From: a bacterium
GTDB lineage: Bacteria; JACRDZ01; JAQUKH01
Assembly: GCA_028719205.1 (NCBI GenBank)
Contig: JAQUKH010000029.1
Location: 1-32,287, forward strand
Direction: 5' to 3'
Length of the DNA stretch: 32,287 nt
This document shows positions 26,083-32,287 of the stretch, piece by piece. The notes beneath the pieces were generated by a model, which was not told the DNA's origin, did no database searches, and saw only the letters and a list, made by a program, of their open reading frames with translations. The position numbers were made by a program, and so were the translations under genes. Numbering within the stretch: position 1 is the stretch's first letter; every line of letters begins with the position of its first letter.

Positions 26083-26748
26083 ATGGGAATAGCTGAAGGC
26101 ATGAAAACTATTGTAGAAAATATTGTTGACTCGCACAAGGGCCGGACAAAAGAAATCAATAGTGTAATAATGGATACAAAAAATATTTTAAAAGAAGCAA
26201 AGACAACCTTACATGATTTTAGCAGGGAACGTAAGACAAATGCTTCCGAACAGGCAAAAAAATTAGCCGGTTTTACATCTGATCTGACAAAGAATGTGGG
26301 TGATATGCTTAAAGAGTTCAGGGAAAACCGTGAAGAAATGAGTGAAGAGCAGTCAAAAAATTTAGGCATTTTTATGGGGAGACTGGAAGATGATGTGGAA
26401 AAATTAAAAAAAGGCGTAAGCTTAATGATGAATGATTTTAAGAAAGATCGTGAAAAGTCTGCGTCCGAACTGAGAGAAAAGCTTGCCAAAGAAGTAACTG
26501 ACATTAAGGCTCATGTAAGCGGGCTTTTAGATGAAGCGGAGGACCTTATCAGCGGATACAGGTCGGATATGGTAGAGGCAAAAAAAGCATGGCAGGGGAT
26601 CTCTTCTACTTTATCTAAATCCGGAAAAGCAGGAATAATGGCAAAGATTGAAGCAGGAGAGAAAATAACTACTGTTGAAAAAAATGCTGAGAAAAAGCCT
26701 GTTGAAAATAAAACTGAAAAGAAGGCCGCAAAAAAGAAGAAAAAATAG
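26083..26748 (+). CDS. gvpC: GvpC-like gas vesicle strengthening protein
   Basis: Repeats of 33, 40 and 33 aa: LHDFSRERKTNASEQAKKLAGFTSDLTKNVGDM / LKEFRENREEMSEEQSKNLGIF... / MNDFKKDREKSASELREKLAKE.... Located between gvpA and gvpN. Confidence 0.7.
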   Translation: MGIAEGMKTIVENIVDSHKGRTKEINSVIMDTKNILKEAKTTLHDFSRERKTNASEQAKKLAGFTSDLTKNVGDMLKEFRENREEMSEEQSKNLGIFMGRLEDDVEKLKKGVSLMMNDFKKDREKSASELREKLAKEVTDIKAHVSGLLDEAEDLISGYRSDMVEAKKAWQGISSTLSKSGKAGIMAKIEAGEKITTVEKNAEKKPVENKTEKKAAKKKKK

Positions 26749-26763
26749 GGGAGGTAGATAATA

Positions 26764-27693
26764 ATGGTTGATGAGATGACTACAGTATTAGATCCAAGTC
26801 CCATGCACGACTTTGTGGAAACAAAGTATATAAAAGATATCAGTGACAGGGCGCTTTCTTATATCCAGGCGGGATTCCCGGTTCATTTCAGAGGCACCTC
26901 CGGGACAGGCAAGACAACACTCGCGATGCACATAGCAAGCAAGATCGAAAGGCCAGTGGTAATGATCCACGGAGATGAAGAATTTAAAACATCCGATCTT
27001 GTCGGGGGCGAATACGGATACAGGATGAAAAAGGTTGTGGACAGATTTATATCAAGGGTACTTAAGACGGAAGAGGATATGGTAAAACGCTGGGTAGATA
27101 ACCGGCTTACCATTGCCTGCAAGTACGGATATACATTGGTATATGATGAATTTACACGTTCACGGCCGGAGGCAAATAATATACTTCTTTCTATTTTGCA
27201 GGAAAAGATGATGGACCTGCCTATGGGAAGGGGGGGTAATGAACCTTATTTACGGGTAGACCCGAATTTTACGGCGATATTTACATCCAATCCAGAGGAA
27301 TACGCGGGTGTGCACAGGAGCCAGGATGCCCTTCGTGACAGGATGATCACTATGGACCTGGATCATTTTGACTATGAGACAGAAGTAGCCATTACAAGAG
27401 CAAAATCTCTTTTGGAAAAGAAGGATACAGAGGTAATAGTTAACATTGTCCGGGGCTTGAGGGATTCAGGGAAATGTGAATTCGCGCCGACCATCCGTGG
27501 CTGTATCATGATCGCCAAGACCCTGAAGGTTAGAAATATAACCCTGGGAAAGGCCAACGGGGTTTTTAAACAGATGTGCCAGGATATTCTGGCATCCGAA
27601 ACAAGCAGGGTTGGTTCAAAAACAAACCAGAACAGGGTAAGAGAAGTAGTAAAAGATATAGTTGAGAAGGAACTGGGAGGAGGAAAAAAATGA
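26764..27693 (+). CDS. gvpN: Gas vesicle AAA+ ATPase GvpN
   Basis: RALSYIQAGFPVHFRGTSGTGKTTLA, WVDNRLT, YDEFTRSRPEANN, FTSNPEEYAGVH..QDAL.DR. Confidence 0.96.
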   Translation: MVDEMTTVLDPSPMHDFVETKYIKDISDRALSYIQAGFPVHFRGTSGTGKTTLAMHIASKIERPVVMIHGDEEFKTSDLVGGEYGYRMKKVVDRFISRVLKTEEDMVKRWVDNRLTIACKYGYTLVYDEFTRSRPEANNILLSILQEKMMDLPMGRGGNEPYLRVDPNFTAIFTSNPEEYAGVHRSQDALRDRMITMDLDHFDYETEVAITRAKSLLEKKDTEVIVNIVRGLRDSGKCEFAPTIRGCIMIAKTLKVRNITLGKANGVFKQMCQDILASETSRVGSKTNQNRVREVVKDIVEKELGGGKK

Positions 27694-27995
27694 AAGGAAT
27701 GCTTCAGGTACCAGGCGCGAGAGATGTAAAAAGTATTCATTCCGCGGGTTTGAGGGCTATCCCTAAAATCCAAAGGTCAAGTTATTTAGAACTATATACG
27801 TTCAAAAGAGAAAAGGACAGACTGGAAAAAGAAATTTTCGCGTTAGATAAAAGAAGGAATACGGCAAGCAGGATGTTAAACGGCCTTTATCAGCGGATCG
27901 AAACACTGGAAAAAGAAATACAAGAGGAAGGGAAAATTAAGACCTACACGAATATACCGGCGAAACCGGTAAAAAAAATGACGATTAATTATTAA
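27690..27995 (+). CDS. GvpV-like gas vesicle protein
   Basis: SSYLELYTFKREKDRLEKE coiled-coil core and C-terminal KKMTINY; ATGA overlap with gvpN, the position GvpV occupies in known clusters. Confidence 0.6.
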   Translation: MKGMLQVPGARDVKSIHSAGLRAIPKIQRSSYLELYTFKREKDRLEKEIFALDKRRNTASRMLNGLYQRIETLEKEIQEEGKIKTYTNIPAKPVKKMTINY

Positions 27996-28068
27996 AACCC
28001 CCTTTATTCCCCCTTATCAGGGGGATAATTCAAGTTTTTCCCCTGATAAGGGGAGATCAAGAGGGGTT
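27996..28068. repeat. REP-like inverted pair CCCCTTATCAGGGG / CCCCTGATAAGGGG
   Basis: Two mutually reverse-complementary hairpins enclosed by AACCCC...GGGGTT. Confidence 0.75.
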
Positions 28069-28096
28069 AGAATTTAGTAATAAAAGAGGGGAAAAA

Positions 28097-28621
28097 ATGG
28101 CAAAAGAAAAAAAATCGAAAACGGATAAAGAAGAAGGTGTGAATTTAGATTTCGGTATGGGAGGCTTATTAAAAGGAATTAATAATATAATCGACATGGC
28201 TGTTAAATTAGAAGAGGCAGGAGGTGAAATTAAAAAAGAAGGAGAGATTGATTTAGACCATCTCAGAAAAGGTATGAAGGGCGTGTTTGGTTTTTCCGTG
28301 AGGACAGCGACAGGCGGGAAAACTGTAGTTGAACCCTTTGGCAATATTAAAAAAACACCCAAAGGGCCAAAGGTTGAAGAAGAGAGAGAGCCTATTATTG
28401 ATATCTTTGATGAAAAAGAAGAGATTAAAATTTACGCTGAGATGCCGGGTGTTAATGAAGGGGATATAAAGATAGATCTGAAAGGTGATATTCTTGAAAT
28501 TTCAGCTGAAACCGGTGACAGGAAATATCATAAAGAAATCTTACTGCCCGCGAAGGTAAGGGCAGACACAATTAAATTTTTCTATAAAAACGGTATGTTA
28601 GAGGTAAAGGTAAAAAAATGA
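28097..28621 (+). CDS. Hsp20/alpha-crystallin protein, GvpH-like
   Basis: GVFGFSVRT, VEPFGN, REPIIDIFDE, AEMPGV, YHKEILLP, YKNGMLEV. Confidence 0.85.
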   Translation: MAKEKKSKTDKEEGVNLDFGMGGLLKGINNIIDMAVKLEEAGGEIKKEGEIDLDHLRKGMKGVFGFSVRTATGGKTVVEPFGNIKKTPKGPKVEEEREPIIDIFDEKEEIKIYAEMPGVNEGDIKIDLKGDILEISAETGDRKYHKEILLPAKVRADTIKFFYKNGMLEVKVKK

Positions 28622-29553
28622 ATGGATTAACCGGTTTAACAGACTCCTCATTAAAATTGATCTTATTTGGCGGGAAGGGCGGGGTTGGAAAGACAACCTG
28701 CAGTGTAGGTACAGGCTTATATTTATCTGAGGGGTTGAAGACACTTTTAATCTCGACAGATCCGGCGCATTCACTTGGTGACAGCCTGGGCCAGGAAATA
28801 GGTGATACTGTGCGGCAGGTAAAGGATATAACTAATCTAAGCGCTCTTGAAATAAGCGCTGAAAAGGCGCTTTCTAAATTTAAGGTAGTATATGAATCCC
28901 AGATAATGAAGATTTTAGGGACATCTACTTATTTAGATGATGAAGATATTGATTCAATTTTTTCTTTGTCTATTCCGGGTATAGATGAGGTCATGGGATT
29001 TAAAGCCATCATTGATCTTATTAACGATGCTAAATTTGATAAATACATTGTAGATACCGCGCCGACAGGCCACACCTTAAGGCTTTTGACATTGCCCGGG
29101 CTTTTAGATCAATGGATCAAGGTTATGGCAAAGATGAGATGGAAGTACAGGTATACGGTTGAAACGTTTGCCGGTGAATATAATCCTGATGAAGGCGATG
29201 ATTTTATTCTGGAGATGAAAAAGACAGTAAAAAGAATTGAGGAATTACTTCGTGATGAAAAGCGATGCGAGTTTGTTGTGGTAACAATTCCGGAAGAGAT
29301 GGCTGTTTTAGAGACAGAAAGATTAATAAATAATTTAACAAAATATGGGATAGCGGTAAAACAACTGGTTATTAATAATGTTTTAGAGTGGAATGAGTGT
29401 GATTTTTGCAGGGAAAGAAGAAAGGTGCAGGAAAAATATATTAACCAGATAAAAAAGAAATTTGGTAATTTACAGATAACTAATATACCTTTACAGGCTC
29501 AAGAGGTTAAAGGGATAACCGCTTTGAATAATTTCAAAAAATTATTATTTTAA
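28618..29553 (+). CDS. ArsA/Get3 (TRC40)-family ATPase, single domain
   Basis: GGKGGVGKTT, STDPAHSL, PGIDE, DTAPTGHTLRLL, C-terminal CxxC (CDFC). Confidence 0.93.
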   Translation: MNGLTGLTDSSLKLILFGGKGGVGKTTCSVGTGLYLSEGLKTLLISTDPAHSLGDSLGQEIGDTVRQVKDITNLSALEISAEKALSKFKVVYESQIMKILGTSTYLDDEDIDSIFSLSIPGIDEVMGFKAIIDLINDAKFDKYIVDTAPTGHTLRLLTLPGLLDQWIKVMAKMRWKYRYTVETFAGEYNPDEGDDFILEMKKTVKRIEELLRDEKRCEFVVVTIPEEMAVLETERLINNLTKYGIAVKQLVINNVLEWNECDFCRERRKVQEKYINQIKKKFGNLQITNIPLQAQEVKGITALNNFKKLLF

Positions 29554-29554
29554 T

Positions 29555-31714
29555 ATGGGAAATCAGAATATGGTTTTAACACTTAAAGTAAAAGAGGCGC
29601 TGTCAAAAGATGTAGGCAGGGCCGTTGTCAGGATAGATCCGAAAGATATGAGAACCCTTGGATTAGAAGTGGGTGATATCGTAGAGGTTCAAGGCAAGAG
29701 AAGCACACCTGCTAAAGTAATGCCTTGTTATGTTGAGGAAAGAGATAAAAAAATAATTCAGATCGACGGGATATCGCGTGAGAACGCGCAGGTTGGGCTT
29801 GACGAAAAGGTAAAAATTAAAAAGGTTGATTATAATCCGGCAAGTAAAATAGTGCTTTCCACTATAAGCGGGCCGGGTTTTTCCAATACCCAATATCTCG
29901 GTTCTTTGATAGAAGGCCTTCCGTTAATTACAGGGGACCGGATCAGGACCGCGTTATTCGGATCAAAGTATTGTGAGTTCAGGGTCATAGATACAGTGCC
30001 TGCCAACGTGGTTTTAGTGGGGCCGAACACACTTATAAAGATGGATTTAAAGGATGCGAAAGATACGGTTGAACAGTCGAGGGCGAAGGTTTCATATGAG
30101 GATATTGGAGGCCTGGGACCTCAGATCCAAAGGATAAGAGAAATGATAGAATTGCCTTTGAGATACCCTGAGGTTTTTGAGAAATTAGGGATTGACGCGC
30201 CTAAAGGCGTTTTACTTTATGGCCCTCCCGGTACTGGGAAAACCTTAATAGCCCGCGCGGTGGCAAATGAGACGGATGCGTATTTCACCCATATATCAGG
30301 GCCTGAAGTAATGGGGAAATTTTATGGAGAAAGCGAGGGGCGTTTAAGAGGCGTGTTTGAAGATGCTCAAAAACATGCGCCCGCGATTATTTTTATTGAT
30401 GAGATAGACGCGATCGCCCCGAAACGAGAGGATATGGGTTCTGAAAAACAGGTTGAGAGGCGTGTGGTGGCTCAGCTTTTATCTTTACTTGATGGTTTAG
30501 AGAAAAGGGGTCAGGTCATAGTAATAGGCGCGACGAATATCCCAAACGCTTTGGATCCCGCGTTAAGGAGACCCGGCAGGTTTGACCGGGAGATATCTAT
30601 CCCGATACCTGATAAAAACGGAAGATTAAAAATACTTGAGATATATACAAGGGGCATGCCTCTGGAAGAAAATCTGGATTTAGGGAAAATAGCCGGGATG
30701 ACCCATGGTTTTGTCGGCGCGGACCTGGAGGCCCTGGCAAGGGAATCAGCGATGTCGGAGCTTCGCAAGATTATGCCGCTGATAGATTTTGGAATGGAAA
30801 TTCCCTATGAAACCCTGGTTGGATTAAAAGTGACAATGGATGATTTTTTAGAGGGAATGAAAGAGGTTGAACCTTCGGCGATCCGCGAGTTTTTTATAGA
30901 GGTGCCTAATGTTAAGTGGGATGATGTCGGAGGCTTGGATGAAATAAAGGAAGAATTAAAAGAGGCGATAGAATGGCCGCTCAAATATGCTGATGTTTTT
31001 AAGAAAGCGAATACTAACCCTCCCAAGGGGATCTTACTTTACGGGCCGCCCGGAACAGGAAAGACCCTTTTAGTTAAGGCCGCGGCGACTGAAAGCGGGG
31101 TAAATTTTATCTCCGTGAAAGGGCCTTCTCTGGTATCAAAATATATAGGAGAGAGTGAACGTGCGATCCGCGAGGTATTTAAGACCGCTAAACAGGCGTC
31201 GCCCTGTATTTTATTTTTTGATGAAATAGATGCCATTGTTCCTAAAAGAGGCTCTTCGGGTGACAATAATGTTATAGAGCGCGTGATCAGCCAGTTTCTG
31301 ACTGAGATGGATGGGATCGAGGAACTTAAAGGCGTGATGGTTTTAGGCGCCACGAACAGATTAGATATTATTGATCCCGCGATAATAAGGAGCGGCAGGT
31401 TTGATCTTTTGCTTGGTTTATCGCAGCCTTCCGAAAAAGACAGGGAAAAAATATTTAAAATACATACCAAAAATAAACCTTTGGCTGGTGATGTGGACCT
31501 GAAGGCAATGGTAAAACAAACAAATGACAGGACGGGGGCTGATGTTGAATTTATTTGCCGAAGGGCATCGATGCTCGCGGTAAAGGAATACATTGAAGAG
31601 CAAAGAGCAAAGGGCATAGAGCATGGAGCAGATAACAAAGAAGAATTAAAAATTTCAAAGAGGCATTTTGAGGAGGCTATTAAAAACAGAGCTTCAAACT
31701 TTAGAACAATTTAA
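29555..31714 (+). CDS. CDC48/VCP-family AAA+ ATPase
   Basis: N-domain (DVGRAVVRID), two AAA modules each with GPPGTGKT, Walker B IDEID/FDEID, ALRRPGRFDRE, VEPSAIRE. Confidence 0.96.
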   Translation: MGNQNMVLTLKVKEALSKDVGRAVVRIDPKDMRTLGLEVGDIVEVQGKRSTPAKVMPCYVEERDKKIIQIDGISRENAQVGLDEKVKIKKVDYNPASKIVLSTISGPGFSNTQYLGSLIEGLPLITGDRIRTALFGSKYCEFRVIDTVPANVVLVGPNTLIKMDLKDAKDTVEQSRAKVSYEDIGGLGPQIQRIREMIELPLRYPEVFEKLGIDAPKGVLLYGPPGTGKTLIARAVANETDAYFTHISGPEVMGKFYGESEGRLRGVFEDAQKHAPAIIFIDEIDAIAPKREDMGSEKQVERRVVAQLLSLLDGLEKRGQVIVIGATNIPNALDPALRRPGRFDREISIPIPDKNGRLKILEIYTRGMPLEENLDLGKIAGMTHGFVGADLEALARESAMSELRKIMPLIDFGMEIPYETLVGLKVTMDDFLEGMKEVEPSAIREFFIEVPNVKWDDVGGLDEIKEELKEAIEWPLKYADVFKKANTNPPKGILLYGPPGTGKTLLVKAAATESGVNFISVKGPSLVSKYIGESERAIREVFKTAKQASPCILFFDEIDAIVPKRGSSGDNNVIERVISQFLTEMDGIEELKGVMVLGATNRLDIIDPAIIRSGRFDLLLGLSQPSEKDREKIFKIHTKNKPLAGDVDLKAMVKQTNDRTGADVEFICRRASMLAVKEYIEEQRAKGIEHGADNKEELKISKRHFEEAIKNRASNFRTI
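31597..31631. repeat. Five tandem degenerate heptamers inside the Cdc48 gene
   Basis: AGAGCAA AGAGCAA AGGGCAT AGAGCAT GGAGCAG. Confidence 0.7.
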
Positions 31715-31727
31715 AGGAGGATTAAAG

Positions 31728-31847
31728 ATGTTAAAGATCATTGAAAAAATTAAAAATTTATTCACGTGTAAAAAGAAAGAAGAAGAATTAACGCCACAGC
31801 AGGAAAAGCCTGAAGCAGAAGAACCTAAACCAGAAGAAAAAAAATAA
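31728..31847 (+). CDS. Small hypothetical protein, 39 aa
   Basis: MLKIIEKIKNLFTCKKKEEELTPQQEKPEAEEPKPEEKK; perfect RBS AAGGAGG, tandem TAA TAA stops, fills the Cdc48-gvpF gap. Confidence 0.6.
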   Translation: MLKIIEKIKNLFTCKKKEEELTPQQEKPEAEEPKPEEKK

Positions 31848-31867
31848 TAAATTGAGGGTAGAATTTT

Positions 31868-32287
31868 ATGGCTGAAATCGGAAAATATATTTATGGGATT
31901 ATAAATTCCAATACAACATTACATCTTTCTGTTCCAAAAGATTTTTCCGGGGCTGAAGGCGTCAGTGACGGTGTTTATACAATTCCTTATCATGATATTT
32001 CGGCAATGGTAAGGGATTGTGAGGTGTTTGATTATACCTCCGTGCCTAATGATATTGGCGTCAGGATGTTACTCAAGCATCAGACGATTATTGAAAGAAT
32101 CATGAATTCCGGGATCACGGTTATCCCTGTAAAGTTAGGGACCTTTATTCAGGATGAGGTGGAGATCAAACATGTTTTAGATAAAGGATATAACCTCATA
32201 AAAGATGTTTTGGATAAAATAAACGATAAGATAGAGATTGATGTCGCTGTTACGTGGAATGATTTTCCTTCATTCATAAAAGAGATA
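31868..32287 (+). CDS. GvpL/GvpF-family gas vesicle protein, 3'-truncated by window edge
   Basis: Hand translation MAEIGKYIYGII...VYTIPYHDISAMV...LLKHQTIIERIM...TVIPVKLGT...KIEIDVAVTW; open to the window end; RBS GAGG. Confidence 0.88.
   Translation, partial: MAEIGKYIYGIINSNTTLHLSVPKDFSGAEGVSDGVYTIPYHDISAMVRDCEVFDYTSVPNDIGVRMLLKHQTIIERIMNSGITVIPVKLGTFIQDEVEIKHVLDKGYNLIKDVLDKINDKIEIDVAVTWNDFPSFIKEI

Noticed and set aside
28618-29553. Arsenic resistance ArsA
   Set aside because: Single-domain protein with no arsB, acr3, arsC, arsD or arsR nearby, embedded in a gvp operon.
31039-31638. 199-aa minus-strand ORF
   Set aside because: Antisense shadow of the Cdc48 gene.
1-32287. CRISPR array, tRNA/rRNA, transposase or integrase genes
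   Set aside because: No regularly spaced repeat-spacer units, cloverleaf or rRNA sequence, or recombinase motifs were seen by eye.

Overview
Bacterial chromosomal window, moderately AT-rich, taxon not determinable from sequence alone. Bases 1-21.6 kb are mostly housekeeping. On the + strand: truncated transaldolase, ispG, pncC/cinA-thpR-recA-alaS, an unannotated 29-aa bS22-like ribosomal peptide, a small CxxC ORF, membrane and TPR proteins, a YycJ-like MBL hydrolase, DegP, purB and an ICMT-like methyltransferase. On the - strand: tsf-pyrH-frr-uppS-cdsA-dxr-rseP followed by a LytS/LytTR two-component pair and cfa; rpsB is absent upstream of tsf. From 21.8 kb to the end is the accessory part. 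A block of four regulators (XRE-cupin, stand-alone PilZ, MEDS-PAS-LuxR one-component regulator, minimal MerR-like HTH) is bracketed by two inverted copies of a 34-bp palindrome. It is followed by the start of a gas vesicle gene cluster: gvpA, a coiled-coil GvpC-like protein, gvpC with 33-aa repeats, gvpN, GvpV-like, Hsp20/GvpH-like, Get3/ArsA ATPase, Cdc48 ATPase, a 39-aa ORF and a truncated GvpF/L. Several REP-like palindromes, heptamer repeats and one long GU-rich candidate structured RNA are also present. All family calls come from motif recognition, not database searches.
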